Position numbers and translations under genes: made by a program. A stretch of DNA of 64,000 nt. Source: Myxococcales bacterium (GTDB taxonomy: Bacteria; Desulfobacterota; Binatia; HRBIN30). The notes beneath the pieces are model-generated. The model was not told where the DNA came from. It did no database searches and worked only from the letters and a program-made list of their open reading frames with translations. The stretch lies in NCBI GenBank assembly GCA_037445065.1, contig JBBILD010000012.1, positions 53,624 to 117,623 of the forward strand, given 5' to 3'. Positions 1 through 9,951 of the stretch are shown here, in pieces (the stretch's first letter is position 1; every line of letters starts with the position of its first letter).

Positions 1-1
1 G

Positions 2-724
2 AACGGCACACCGCTCGCGCCCGAGGCGGTGTTGTCGGTGTTGCCGTCCGGCACCGGGCACGATTTCGCGCGCAGCCTGGGGATCTCCTCCTTGCGGGCT
101 GCCCTGCGGGCGTTAGAGAGCGGTGAGGTTCGCTCCATTGACATCGGTGCGGCCACCTTCCGAAACGGTGGCGAGACCCGCGCGCGGTACTTCGTGAATG
201 CGGCGGATGTGGGGCTCGGTGCGGCAGCCGCGGCGCGCGTGAACCGGTCGCGCAAGTTGGTGGGTGGACTTCTCACTTACATCGCCGGGGCCATCGGGGC
301 GCTGGTGTCCTTTCGCTCACAGGCGCTGCGGGTCACGGCGGACGGCGAAACGCTCCTGCAGGGCCCGAGCGACATGGTTTTGGTTGCCAACGGCCGCTTC
401 CACGCCGGGGGGATGCGGATGGCGCCGGTGGCAGACCTGAGCGACGGCTGGCTCGAAGTGTACGCTCTTCGCCACGTGTCGCGCTGGAGACTGTTGCTCG
501 AAATCCTGCCACTGGCGGCTCTCGGGCGCCACGTCGGTCACCCGGCGCTTTGTTACCGCCGGGCGCGGCACGTGGAAGTATCGTGCGCCTCGCCGCTGCT
601 GTTCGAAATGGATGGCGAGCAGCCAGGAACCACGGATGTGCAGATCCGCGTGGTCCCTGCTTCGCTTCGCGTCCGCGCGGCAGTACTCAATCCGCAGGAA
701 GTGGTTCCCGGTGCGGTAAGCTGA
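2..724 (+). CDS. Diacylglycerol kinase family (YegS/BmrU-like) lipid kinase, 5'-truncated by the window edge
   Basis: Motifs PSGTGHDFARSLG (GTGND-like), YFVNAADVG, VANGRFHAGGM, DGWLEV and FEMDGE; frame is open from base 2. Overlaps the convergent GH38 gene by 38 bp. Confidence 0.9.
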   Translation, partial: NGTPLAPEAVLSVLPSGTGHDFARSLGISSLRAALRALESGEVRSIDIGAATFRNGGETRARYFVNAADVGLGAAAAARVNRSRKLVGGLLTYIAGAIGALVSFRSQALRVTADGETLLQGPSDMVLVANGRFHAGGMRMAPVADLSDGWLEVYALRHVSRWRLLLEILPLAALGRHVGHPALCYRRARHVEVSCASPLLFEMDGEQPGTTDVQIRVVPASLRVRAAVLNPQEVVPGAVS

Positions 725-3272
725 GGAGAAACGTCGCCGCTTCGTGCGCGCGCACGAAGGCACGTAAATACGGAAAATCGAAGTCCGCGGTACCGCAGGA
801 AGTGCGGCCATCGAGTCGCGTACGTTCCACGGCGGCGACCGGAAAGCCGAAGCGCACGCGCACTTCCTGCCCGCTGTCGGTCGGATTCAGGATCCGAAGC
901 ATGAGTGCAGACTCTGTCCACGGCCGGAAGGCACTCAACACCACGCTCAACGGCTCGATCTCGAGCAAGCTTTCGCCTGCAGCAAGGCCGGCGCCGGAAC
1001 CCGCGATCACCCCCCACAAACCGACTTCCGCGTCCAGTGCTCGGCGCGTGTCCACGCCAGGCAGTAGGTGCAGCGAGGCGGATTGGCGTCCGCGACACTG
1101 CGCCCCTGGCGTGGGAATCATCGGCCCGGCTAGTTCCGCCCGCGTCGCCAGACCAGGTAAGGACAACCAGCCGACGGCGCGAACGAGTGTGATGGCGATG
1201 GTCCCATCGCTGCGCACCTCGGCTTCCGGCAGGCCCGGAGCGACCACGGTGAGACCGTTGGCGTGAACCCAGCCTTGGTGGGGAATCGTGCACGGTGCGG
1301 GGTGAACCCACGTCGCATCGTCGGCCGGCTCGACTTTCCAGCGGGCAATGTCGAACGTCGAGGCAGCCAAGAATTCCCGGGTCGGCTTTCCGCTCGGAAA
1401 CAACAGGCGCAGGCGATGGTCGTCCGCCGTGTTGTCCCAAGCGACCTGCACGTCCACCCGCTCGAGTTCAGGCAGGAGTCGCACCCGGATCCACAGCGGC
1501 AGGGTGACCTCTTGCTCGCCCCGCCGCTCGCGATCGGCGGTGAGACCCATGGGTAGGCGCAGAACCTGGGCGATTTCGAGGATCTGGATTCCACTGCGAT
1601 GCCGCCGGCGCGTGATGCCCAGCGACTCGAGGGTCACCTTTCCACCAGGGGCGGGGTCGAAATCATACGTGTCGCCGCGGTCGCCCTGATCTTCGGTGGC
1701 GGCCAGCCCGGAAAACACCGTCCCATCGGCAAAGCGCACGCCGAACGTGCCGTCGTCGTCCGCCCAAACGCGCACCAAACCGTTGGTGATTTCCCGACCC
1801 GAGTCCTCCGCGTCCGGTTCTGCTTCGTTGGTCGGTCGAAGCGGCAGCCGCACACAGCCAAAGGGCGGGACGTTGCGGACGAAACACTCGAGCGCCAGCG
1901 GGGAACGATCCACACTGAGGCGCGTGCGAGCCGCCCCCTCCTCGTTCACGAGGCGTGCCGGTTGGCCACATACGCTGAACCCCGCGTGAACGACCGAGGC
2001 GGCCAGCAGCGGATGCACCGCAATCGCGTGCTGGGCGTCGTCGCTGAAGTCAATCCACGGTTCCGCATCGAGCGGAATCCGGACCACGTCACTGCGCCAA
2101 TGCGGCGAAGGGTTGAACACGACGACTTCCCATGGCTCGGTGGCGGGCGTGCGGCGCGCCACAGCATGGCCGGCAAAGCGCTCGAGGACACGGCGCGTGG
2201 TCTCCCGCGCCAACTCTTCGGCGGCCGCAAAGCGATAGCGCATCTGCTCGTGGACCTGGTCTTGCGAGCATCCGCAAATGGAGTCGTGGGCGTGATTTTG
2301 CAGCAACCAGCGCCAGGCGCAGCGCAGGGCGGCACGTTCGTCGAGCTGCAAGCAGGCTAGGGCCAGTGCGGCCCACGGCTCCGCCCAAGCAAGCAACAGC
2401 GACTCACAACGGCGGTTGTACTGTTTCAAATGAAGGCGGCTAGACCAAACGCCTGGCAGCAGGTTCGCCACGCGCGCCCCCAACATCGCGCCGCGAACCT
2501 GCTCCTGCGGCTCAGGCAACGCGGCTGTGAACTCATCCAGAGTAGCGACCTGCACCGGTGCCCCGAGTTCTGCCGAGAGCGCCTGCGCGACAGCACGGAC
2601 GTGCGGGTCCGGCGGCGCGTGGTCAATCCCGTTCATCAGCACAACCGCACCACTGCGGCTCTCGCGCCCCAGACGCTCCGCTACCGGGACGAGAAAGCGC
2701 ACCGCCTCGCTCACCTGACTGGGAAGGCGTGCGGCGCTGAAATACCCGAGGCGCAGGTGGTGCGCGCACACCGTGCTGCCATCCGGGGCCTGCCAGGCGA
2801 ATTCCGCCGGCAGCCGATCCAGCTCGCTTCCCAACCCTCTCCAAGACACGAACCAACGCAGCCCAAAGCCACGCAAAATCTGCGGCAACTGCGCCGGATG
2901 GCCGAAGGAGTCGGGTGTATACGCGACCCGAGACGGCGGACCGAAGGCGCGCGCGACGCGCTCGCCTTCTTCTAGATTGCGGATCAGCGACTCGCCGCTC
3001 GGCAGCAGGGTGTCCGGCTGCACGTACCAGGGCCCGACCGCCAAGCGGCCATCGTGGATGAGGCGCGCCAGCGTCGCAGCGCGCCGCGGTCGCAGTTCCA
3101 GATAATCTTCGAGTACAATGCTTTGGCCGTCGAGCACAAACCGGTCCTCGGGATCGCGTTCCAAGCGCTCCAGGACGAGCTCCACCGCGTCCACCAAGCG
3201 TGCACGAAACTCCTGGAAGGTGCGGTACCACTCGCGGTCCCAATGCGTGTGACTGACCACAAAGTACCGCAT
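687..3272 (-). CDS. Glycoside hydrolase family 38 alpha-mannosidase (MngB/mannosylglycerate hydrolase-like)
   Basis: N-terminal SHTHWDREWY, LDGQ, GPWYVQPD, PDSFGH and NHAHDSICGCS motifs; 861 aa. Confidence 0.92.
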   Translation of the reverse strand: MRYFVVSHTHWDREWYRTFQEFRARLVDAVELVLERLERDPEDRFVLDGQSIVLEDYLELRPRRAATLARLIHDGRLAVGPWYVQPDTLLPSGESLIRNLEEGERVARAFGPPSRVAYTPDSFGHPAQLPQILRGFGLRWFVSWRGLGSELDRLPAEFAWQAPDGSTVCAHHLRLGYFSAARLPSQVSEAVRFLVPVAERLGRESRSGAVVLMNGIDHAPPDPHVRAVAQALSAELGAPVQVATLDEFTAALPEPQEQVRGAMLGARVANLLPGVWSSRLHLKQYNRRCESLLLAWAEPWAALALACLQLDERAALRCAWRWLLQNHAHDSICGCSQDQVHEQMRYRFAAAEELARETTRRVLERFAGHAVARRTPATEPWEVVVFNPSPHWRSDVVRIPLDAEPWIDFSDDAQHAIAVHPLLAASVVHAGFSVCGQPARLVNEEGAARTRLSVDRSPLALECFVRNVPPFGCVRLPLRPTNEAEPDAEDSGREITNGLVRVWADDDGTFGVRFADGTVFSGLAATEDQGDRGDTYDFDPAPGGKVTLESLGITRRRHRSGIQILEIAQVLRLPMGLTADRERRGEQEVTLPLWIRVRLLPELERVDVQVAWDNTADDHRLRLLFPSGKPTREFLAASTFDIARWKVEPADDATWVHPAPCTIPHQGWVHANGLTVVAPGLPEAEVRSDGTIAITLVRAVGWLSLPGLATRAELAGPMIPTPGAQCRGRQSASLHLLPGVDTRRALDAEVGLWGVIAGSGAGLAAGESLLEIEPLSVVLSAFRPWTESALMLRILNPTDSGQEVRVRFGFPVAAVERTRLDGRTSCGTADFDFPYLRAFVRAHEAATFLLSLPHREPLPAD

Positions 3273-3290
3273 CGCGCCTACTACGTCCTC

Positions 3291-4487
3291 TTACTTCAAG
3301 CGCGCCACCAGGCGGTGCCCCTGCACCGTCTCCCGCCACGCTTGCTCCACTTGGCTGTGCTCCAGCGCGAGCAAGCGCGCCCCGACCTCGAGTGGTGAGG
3401 GCAGTCCGAGCACGGCGGCCTCTGCCAGCGCACAAGCCAACTCCAGGCGGTCTTCGATCAGCATTGCCTGGCGATAGCGGACTTTCTTGCGGGCGTGCTC
3501 GACTTCCTCGCAACTGAAACCGTCGCGCACCGTCCGCTCACAAATTCCATTCAGGACTTCTTCGAGTTGCCCGACTTGCTTGAGCGCGGTGCTCGAACCC
3601 ATGGTCACGACCGCCCAGTCGGGCCCCCACTGCAGAGAACCAGACACATCGTAACCCAGGCCGAACCGCTGGCGGACTTCCTGGAAAAGAATGCTGTCGG
3701 GACCGCCGGCAATGAGTTCCAAAGCCAAGCTCGTCGCCAGTAGAGCGTCCAATTCCAACGGCGGCGCCAGAAACAGGACCACAAAGCCTACGCTCGAGCG
3801 ACCCCGGTGTTCGACCAGCCCTCCGTTGCCAAGGCCGACGGCCGGCGTTTGCGGCGGATCCGCTGGATCGTGCCTTACAAAATGTCTCTCCACCGCTTCC
3901 CGCACTTGCTCGAGCCCTACGCCTCCAACCACAGCCAGTACCGTTTTGGCGTGCAAAAAGTGCGTGCGCAGAAATTCCAACACGGCCGCGCGCGAGGTAC
4001 GGCGCACGCTGCTCAGCGACCCGCAAATGGGATGAGCAATCGCGCCAGAAAAAAACGTGCACCAGGCGTCGCGGTGCAGCACCTCTACCGGATCGCTGTT
4101 GCGCCCGCGGATTTCGTCCAACACCACCAGTCGCTCGGAGCGAAAGCGCTCGGGCGGCACCTGGCTGTGATAAAACTGCCCGGCGAGCACCCGCACCCCG
4201 GCATCCAGGTTCTCGTTGAACACGTCCAGGGTGAGCGCCATTGTTTCGTAATTGGTGTTCGCATTATGGTTGCCGCCGAGCCCCGCAGCCAGCCGGTTTA
4301 GAGCAAGCTGGTCCAGCTCCGCCGTGCCTTGAAACAGCATGTGCTCGGCCAGGTGCGCAATGCCCGGGTGTAGGCCGTCGAACCGAGCCCCGGCGCGCAC
4401 GGTCAGCGACAACGCAGTCAGCGGCCCTGGCTGGTACACGTAAATCACATGCAAGCCATTGTGAAAAAAGCGCTCCTCCTGCCCCAC
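3291..4487 (-). CDS. M16 (pitrilysin/insulinase) family zinc peptidase
   Basis: Inverted zinc motif GIAHLAEHMLFQGT, NANT, ERxVVLDE and C-terminal LFQEVRQRFGLGY. Start moved to GTG 4487, just after the pyrE stop. Confidence 0.88.
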   Translation of the reverse strand: MGQEERFFHNGLHVIYVYQPGPLTALSLTVRAGARFDGLHPGIAHLAEHMLFQGTAELDQLALNRLAAGLGGNHNANTNYETMALTLDVFNENLDAGVRVLAGQFYHSQVPPERFRSERLVVLDEIRGRNSDPVEVLHRDAWCTFFSGAIAHPICGSLSSVRRTSRAAVLEFLRTHFLHAKTVLAVVGGVGLEQVREAVERHFVRHDPADPPQTPAVGLGNGGLVEHRGRSSVGFVVLFLAPPLELDALLATSLALELIAGGPDSILFQEVRQRFGLGYDVSGSLQWGPDWAVVTMGSSTALKQVGQLEEVLNGICERTVRDGFSCEEVEHARKKVRYRQAMLIEDRLELACALAEAAVLGLPSPLEVGARLLALEHSQVEQAWRETVQGHRLVARLK

Positions 4488-4497
4488 CGTGTACCCT

Positions 4498-5103
4498 TCA
4501 GACCTCGCTCTCTTGCAAGTAAGATCGGGCCGCGTTCCACTGTCGTTGGTCAATGTGACCACTGGCCAGCAAGGCCGCCAGCAACTCATCGACTTTCAGC
4601 ACGCTGTGCAAGCGCAAGCCGCGTTCGGCCAAAGCGGCGGCTGCGTTGCGCGAGCGGTCCACCACCACGAGAATGTCTTCCACGACCACGTGGTGCTCAC
4701 GCAACAGGGCCACGGCCTCCTCCTTTGCTCCGCCGCTGGTAATCACGTCATCAATCACCAATGCCCGATTGCCCGGCTCGAAGCGGCCCTCGATCGTTCG
4801 CGCGGTGCCGTATCCCTTGGCTTCCTTGCGCGGGTAAATCATCGGGCGATCCATCTCCAATGCTGTCGCCAGTGCCAGTGGTAGGCCGGCGTAAGGAATC
4901 CCAGCCAGAACGTCGAACGGGATCGTATTTGCCTTCTCGGCCAGTGCAACCGCGAGCCGGCGCAAGGCACGCGGGTACGACACGATGCTTCGCAAGTCAA
5001 TGTAAAAGGGGGAGGTACGGCCGTCCTTGAGGCGGAAACTGCCGAAGCGCACCGCTCCAATGTCAGCGAGAAGCTGAGCGACCTCCGCTTGGCTTCCGTT
5101 CAT
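4498..5103 (-). CDS. pyrE: Orotate phosphoribosyltransferase
   Basis: FGSFRLKDGRTSPFYIDLR, RKEAKGYG and PRPP motif LVIDDVITSG. ATG 5103 overlaps the upstream stop (ATGA). Confidence 0.93.
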   Translation of the reverse strand: MNGSQAEVAQLLADIGAVRFGSFRLKDGRTSPFYIDLRSIVSYPRALRRLAVALAEKANTIPFDVLAGIPYAGLPLALATALEMDRPMIYPRKEAKGYGTARTIEGRFEPGNRALVIDDVITSGGAKEEAVALLREHHVVVEDILVVVDRSRNAAAALAERGLRLHSVLKVDELLAALLASGHIDQRQWNAARSYLQESEV

Positions 5104-6836
5104 GCTCGACCTTGCGCACGGGCGCGGTAGCGGCCCCAGGCCGCAAAGGCAACCAGCAGCAGGCTTGCGGCCCATCCGGAAAAAGAGGACGCCTGGTTCG
5201 CTCCCTCGATGCGACAACTACAACCTCCACCGCCGTCGCCAGCGGCGGCAGTGCGGGTCGCAGTTGGGGTACTCGTCGTGGTGGGCACCGGCACGGTTGC
5301 TGTGGCCGTGGGGAGAGGCACCGTCGGAGATGCGGTAAAGGTAGGCGCGAGGGTAGCGGTCGGTGAAGCTGTGTGAGTCAGGGTCGGCGTCCGCAACGAC
5401 TCGGTCGCTGACGCAGTTGGGGTGGGAGAGGCTTCTGTCGTCGCCGTTGGCACTGCGGTCTCGGTTGGAGTAGGCTCTTCGAACACCTTGCTGTACAAAG
5501 GGTTTTCCGTGACGTAGGCATCCACCACGTTGTCCGGGTCATCTGCCGTGAGGCGAGCGGCAGAAAGAAACGTCACCCGCCGCCCATCGGCGCTCACCGA
5601 CGGCAGGAAACTATCTCCGTCCGCGGCACCGCCGGTGGCTGGCTGGCTCAGCAGAACGACTTCGCCGTCGGCCAGGTCCACCACGAACACGTCTACCCCG
5701 GGCCAGCGATCACCCGCCGCCAGGTTGCTGGCCGCAGACTGAAAGACGAGAAACCGTCCGGAGTCGTCGAGACTCGGGGCCAGGGCGGGTGCGTTGGCCA
5801 CCTCGCCGCTTTGACTGCGCGAGGCAAGGAAGGTGCGCCCCAGCGCGCGGTCACGCACAAACACCTGCGTGAGGCCGGTGGTGTCTCCGTCCAGGTTCGA
5901 CGCACGAGAAAAGAAGGCCACCCAACGGCCATCCGCGCTCATGGCCAAGTTGGCGAGCTCCAGTTGCGACGGCCCATTGGCTTCTTCTCCCGCGCTGCTC
6001 ACACTCACTCGTTCGATCGCGCCTGTGCAGCGATCGCGAACGAACACGTCGCGCACTTGGTTCCGATCGCCCGGCACCAGATTCCCCGCATCCGAAGCAA
6101 ACGCCACCAGACAACCATCTGCGCTGATTGCTGGGCCCAGGCTCGGTCCGTCCGCCGTCCGTGTTTCCGGTGCACCCAGAGACGTGTAGGTCACGACCTC
6201 GATGGCTCCCGTTTCTCGATCGACCACGAAAATGTCGCTGGCTTCGTTGCGGTCGTTGGGAGCAAGATCGTCGGCGCGCGATGCAAAGGCGATCCAGCGG
6301 CCCTCACCGGAGTCAACCGCAGGGGGAAGATCCGGTAAGGCGCCGCCGCCGCGGCCGCTTTGCGATAAGCTCAACGCACGCGTACGGCCGCTAGCGCGGT
6401 CGAAGAGAAACAGGTCGGGGCTGCTGTTGAAGTCGCCCGTGACCAGGTTATTTGCCGCCGAACCGAACACCGCAAAGCGCCCGTCGCGGCTCAGCGATCC
6501 CGGGAAACTCCCCTCGTTCGCGTCTCCACCCAAAAATGACCCGCTCACACGCTCGATCACGCCCGCTTGCCAGTCGGCCACGAAGACATCGGATTTCCCA
6601 TTCCGATCCGCTGGCACAAGGTTGGAAGCGACCGACAAGAACAGCACCAAGCTCCCGTCTCCATTCGGGCGAGCATGTAAAACCGGGCTGTCGAGGCTGC
6701 CGCCGCCCGGTGGGACACTGACACGGCGCACCTGCGGGGCCTCGCTTGCCACTGCCGCGCTTCCGAACACGAAGAGGCAAGCGAGGCTCACCACTCCGAC
6801 CCGCCACTCGACTCGCCCCGACCACGCTCGCCACAT
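5100..6836 (-). CDS. Secreted TolB-like (PD40) beta-propeller protein with Pro/Thr linker and MYXO-CTERM-like C-terminal anchor
   Basis: Signal peptide; repeated SxDGR-x-VAFxSxAxNL...DVFVxD blades; PT-rich linker; tail GDGGGGCSC, hydrophobic helix, then RYRAR. GGAGG precedes ATG 6836. Confidence 0.85.
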   Translation of the reverse strand: MWRAWSGRVEWRVGVVSLACLFVFGSAAVASEAPQVRRVSVPPGGGSLDSPVLHARPNGDGSLVLFLSVASNLVPADRNGKSDVFVADWQAGVIERVSGSFLGGDANEGSFPGSLSRDGRFAVFGSAANNLVTGDFNSSPDLFLFDRASGRTRALSLSQSGRGGGALPDLPPAVDSGEGRWIAFASRADDLAPNDRNEASDIFVVDRETGAIEVVTYTSLGAPETRTADGPSLGPAISADGCLVAFASDAGNLVPGDRNQVRDVFVRDRCTGAIERVSVSSAGEEANGPSQLELANLAMSADGRWVAFFSRASNLDGDTTGLTQVFVRDRALGRTFLASRSQSGEVANAPALAPSLDDSGRFLVFQSAASNLAAGDRWPGVDVFVVDLADGEVVLLSQPATGGAADGDSFLPSVSADGRRVTFLSAARLTADDPDNVVDAYVTENPLYSKVFEEPTPTETAVPTATTEASPTPTASATESLRTPTLTHTASPTATLAPTFTASPTVPLPTATATVPVPTTTSTPTATRTAAAGDGGGGCSCRIEGANQASSFSGWAASLLLVAFAAWGRYRARAQGRA

Positions 6837-6926
6837 AGAGCCCTCCACAAGGATGCGCCGCATAGCACAGCGTGATTCGCCGGCACAATGTGGCGCGCAC
6901 GTCGGAAAGCGCTAGTACAAGCCCCG

Positions 6927-7895
6927 ATGCAAGCGCGAAACGTGTGGCCGCGGACGCAAGCGGGCCTCGAGGAGGCGGTGACGGTGGACCGCCTCGTGCA
7001 CCGCTACGAAGATCGGGTGGCGCTACAAGAGGTGAGTTTTTCGGTACGCCGGGGCGAGATTTTCGCGCTACTCGGCCCGAACGGGGGGGGCAAGACGACC
7101 CTCTTCCGAATCTTGGCTACGCTGCTGCGGCCGACCGCTGGCAGTTTTTCCATTGCCGGTGTGCCAGCACAGCAGGCGCATGAGGTGCGCCGCCACTTGG
7201 GAGTAGTCTTCCAGAACGCGAGCGTGGATCCGAAACTCACGGTGTGGGAGAACCTGCTTTGCCACGGCCAACTGTACGGCCTGCGCCGCACCACGGTGGC
7301 GGAACGGGCCAGCGAGTTGCTCGATCGGTTCGCTCTGCGCGAGCGGCGCGACGATTTGCTGGAGACCCTCTCAGGCGGCATGCAGCGGCGGGTGGAGCTA
7401 GCCAAGGCGTTGCTGCACCGGCCACCCGTGTTGCTCCTCGATGAACCGAGCACGGGCTTGGATCCCGGCATCCGGCGCGAGTTTTTTGCTCTTCTGCAAG
7501 AGTTGCGCGCCCACATGGAACTCACCGTCGTGCTCACCACGCACTTTATGGAAGAGGCGGAGCGTTGCGATCGGGTAGCCATCTTGCACCGCGGCAGCCT
7601 GGTCGCGCTCGGAAGCCCAACGGAACTGAAAGCAGCAGTGGGTGGAGACGTGCTGATGCTGCAGGGTTCGGACCCCGCCCGCCTCGCCGAGCGCCTGCGG
7701 CAGGAGTTAGGACTGGCAGCACGCGTGGTGGACGGTGCCGTGCGGGTCGAACGAGCGCAGGTGCATGAACTCGTGCCGCGCATTGTGGCGGCTCTGGGCG
7801 ACGATCTCACCTCGGTCACCTACGGCCGCCCGACCTTGGAAGACGTGTTCGTGCACCACACCGGGCAGCGCTTTTGGATCGAGGAGCCGCGATGA
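6927..7895 (+). CDS. ABC transporter ATP-binding protein (DrrA/ABC-2 exporter type)
   Basis: Walker A GPNGGGKTT, signature LSGGM, Walker B LLLDEP, TTHFMEEAE and C-terminal PTLEDVF. Confidence 0.92.
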   Translation: MQARNVWPRTQAGLEEAVTVDRLVHRYEDRVALQEVSFSVRRGEIFALLGPNGGGKTTLFRILATLLRPTAGSFSIAGVPAQQAHEVRRHLGVVFQNASVDPKLTVWENLLCHGQLYGLRRTTVAERASELLDRFALRERRDDLLETLSGGMQRRVELAKALLHRPPVLLLDEPSTGLDPGIRREFFALLQELRAHMELTVVLTTHFMEEAERCDRVAILHRGSLVALGSPTELKAAVGGDVLMLQGSDPARLAERLRQELGLAARVVDGAVRVERAQVHELVPRIVAALGDDLTSVTYGRPTLEDVFVHHTGQRFWIEEPR

Positions 7896-8689
7896 GTCCG
7901 TCTGTCCCGCCGCTGTTTTGGCTCGGAGCGTGGGCACTTTGGCGCCGCGAAATCTTGCGTTTTGTACGCCAGCGCAGCCGGCTTACTGGCGCCTTTCTCC
8001 AACCGCTGGTCTTTTGGCTGCTACTCGGCGGAGGCTTTAACGCCTCCTTTCGCCCCGCAGGCGCCAGTGGGAACCTATCGTATGTCTCGTATTTCTTCCC
8101 CGGCACCGTGCTGCTTGTGCTCCTCTTCACCGCGATTTTTGCGACGATCTCTACCGTGGAAGACCGCAAATCTGGGTTCCTCCAAGGCGTGCTGGTCGCG
8201 CCTCTGCCGCGCTGGATGATCACTCTCGGGCAAACTGCTGGCGGAGCCACGCTCGCATTACTGCAAGGCGTCATCATGCTGAGTCTCGCCCCACTGGCCG
8301 GGGTTCCCTTGAGTCCGATGGGCTTTGCTGCGGCAGTCGCAATTCTCGCCGTGTTGGCCACGGCGCTAACCAGCATGGGGCTGGTCATTGCCTGGCGGAT
8401 GGATTCTACCCAGGGCTTCCACGCCATTATGAACTTGCTCTTGTTGCCCTCGTGGTTCCTATCCGGCGCCTTTTTCCCCGAAGCCGGTGCTCCCCTGCCG
8501 ATCCGGGTATTGATGCACCTAAACCCCCTCACCTACGGCATGGCGGCGCTACGGAGAGCCCTATATTGGTCCGAACCGCACCTACTGCCCCCCCTACCTG
8601 GTTGGCCACTGGCGCTCAGCGTGACCGTGGCCTTTGCCGCAACCAGTTTTGCAGCGGCGGTGTGGAGCTCAGAGCGACGCCCGGCTTAA
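7892..8689 (+). CDS. ABC-2 type permease (DrrB-like)
   Basis: About six hydrophobic helices, EDRKSGFLQGVLVAP and NPLTYG; ATGA overlap with the ATPase stop. Confidence 0.9.
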   Translation: MSPSVPPLFWLGAWALWRREILRFVRQRSRLTGAFLQPLVFWLLLGGGFNASFRPAGASGNLSYVSYFFPGTVLLVLLFTAIFATISTVEDRKSGFLQGVLVAPLPRWMITLGQTAGGATLALLQGVIMLSLAPLAGVPLSPMGFAAAVAILAVLATALTSMGLVIAWRMDSTQGFHAIMNLLLLPSWFLSGAFFPEAGAPLPIRVLMHLNPLTYGMAALRRALYWSEPHLLPPLPGWPLALSVTVAFAATSFAAAVWSSERRPA

Positions 8690-8757
8690 CCGCGGCGCGG
8701 CGAGTCCACGCTCAGTGCGCCGTGCGGCTCGCTTGTCTACAACGCAAGCGTTTCCGC

Positions 8758-9951
8758 TCACGCCAACGCCAATGCCAGACTGTCTGCCAGACGGAGGCCC
8801 GCTTGGGTAACCCGCCACGCTTCTGCGTCCGGCCGAAGCAGACCCTTCTCGGCCAGCTCGTGCAGCAGCGGCATCTCTTCCTCCGGATCTTCTCCAAACC
8901 GTTCCCGGTACCGGCGGCGGTCAATCCCATCCACACAGCGCAGGCCGACCATGCAAAACTCCAAACGGGCCTGCTCCCGAGTGAGGTCCTCCCTCCAGGC
9001 ATGCGCGCATCCGTTCGAACGCACCAGCTCCAGATAGCGAGGGGGCCACTGCGCATTCTTCCAACGCCAGCCAAAACCATGCTTCCCGCCCGGGTAGGCG
9101 TAACCGGCGGCACCCGCACCGACGCCCACGTACGGTAACCCATGCCAGTAGCTCAAGTTGTGCCGCGAGCGGTACCCAGGCTGCGCAAAGTTCGACACCT
9201 CGTAATGCTCGAACCCAAACTTCTCCCGGAGGATTGCCGACAAATAGTCGAACAACATCGCTTCATCGCGCTCCGACATCGGTGCGAGCTTCCCATCCTC
9301 CTTCAATCGGAAAAAGGGCGTCCCAGGTTTGTAGGTCAACACATACGCCGAAATGTGGGTGGCCCCGAGGCGGACCGCCGTTTGGACGTCACTCTCTACG
9401 CGCCACGTGCCGTCGCCGGGCACGCAATAGATGATGTCCACATTCACCGCATCAAACCCGCATTCTTGCGCCCACAGCAGAGCCTGAACAGCGTCGCGAG
9501 CCTCATGGTCACGCCCCAACAGCGCGAGAACTTCGTTGCGGAAGGACTGGACCCCCACACTCAGCCGATTCACCCCAATTTTACGGTATCCGCGCAGCTT
9601 CTCGACCGTGAGCGTGCGCGGGTTTGCCTCGAGCGTGATTTCCAAGTCGAAGCGAGTGGGCCAGAGTTGCCGAATCTTGCGGATGACGGCTGCGAAGGAT
9701 TCGGGCGCGAATAACGACGGCGTACCGCCGCCAAAGTAAACGCTCCGCACCCACCCAATGCCAAACGGCATCACCTGCGCGTAATACTCCAGCTCGCGGA
9801 GAAGCGCCTCCACGTACTCCTCTTCCGGCCACGCATCCACAGCGAACTTGGGGAAATCGCAGTACGGGCACTCCTTCAAGCAGTACGGGATGTGCACATA
9901 TACCCCGAAGTCGCCGTGCGGACCCGTTGGCCCCGCGGGTGTTTCGCTCAC
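8758..9951 (-). CDS. hemW: Radical SAM heme chaperone HemW (HemN-like)
   Basis: YVHIPYC-x3-C-x2-C, YFGGGTPS, EANP, HYEVSNFA and HNLSYW; lacks the HemN N-terminal extension. Confidence 0.88.
   Translation of the reverse strand: MSETPAGPTGPHGDFGVYVHIPYCLKECPYCDFPKFAVDAWPEEEYVEALLRELEYYAQVMPFGIGWVRSVYFGGGTPSLFAPESFAAVIRKIRQLWPTRFDLEITLEANPRTLTVEKLRGYRKIGVNRLSVGVQSFRNEVLALLGRDHEARDAVQALLWAQECGFDAVNVDIIYCVPGDGTWRVESDVQTAVRLGATHISAYVLTYKPGTPFFRLKEDGKLAPMSERDEAMLFDYLSAILREKFGFEHYEVSNFAQPGYRSRHNLSYWHGLPYVGVGAGAAGYAYPGGKHGFGWRWKNAQWPPRYLELVRSNGCAHAWREDLTREQARLEFCMVGLRCVDGIDRRRYRERFGEDPEEEMPLLHELAEKGLLRPDAEAWRVTQAGLRLADSLALALA

Noticed and set aside
6927..8689. ABC exporter as the transporter for the prenylation locus
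   Set aside because: It lies about 18 kb away, has no peptidase domain, and nothing links it to that locus.
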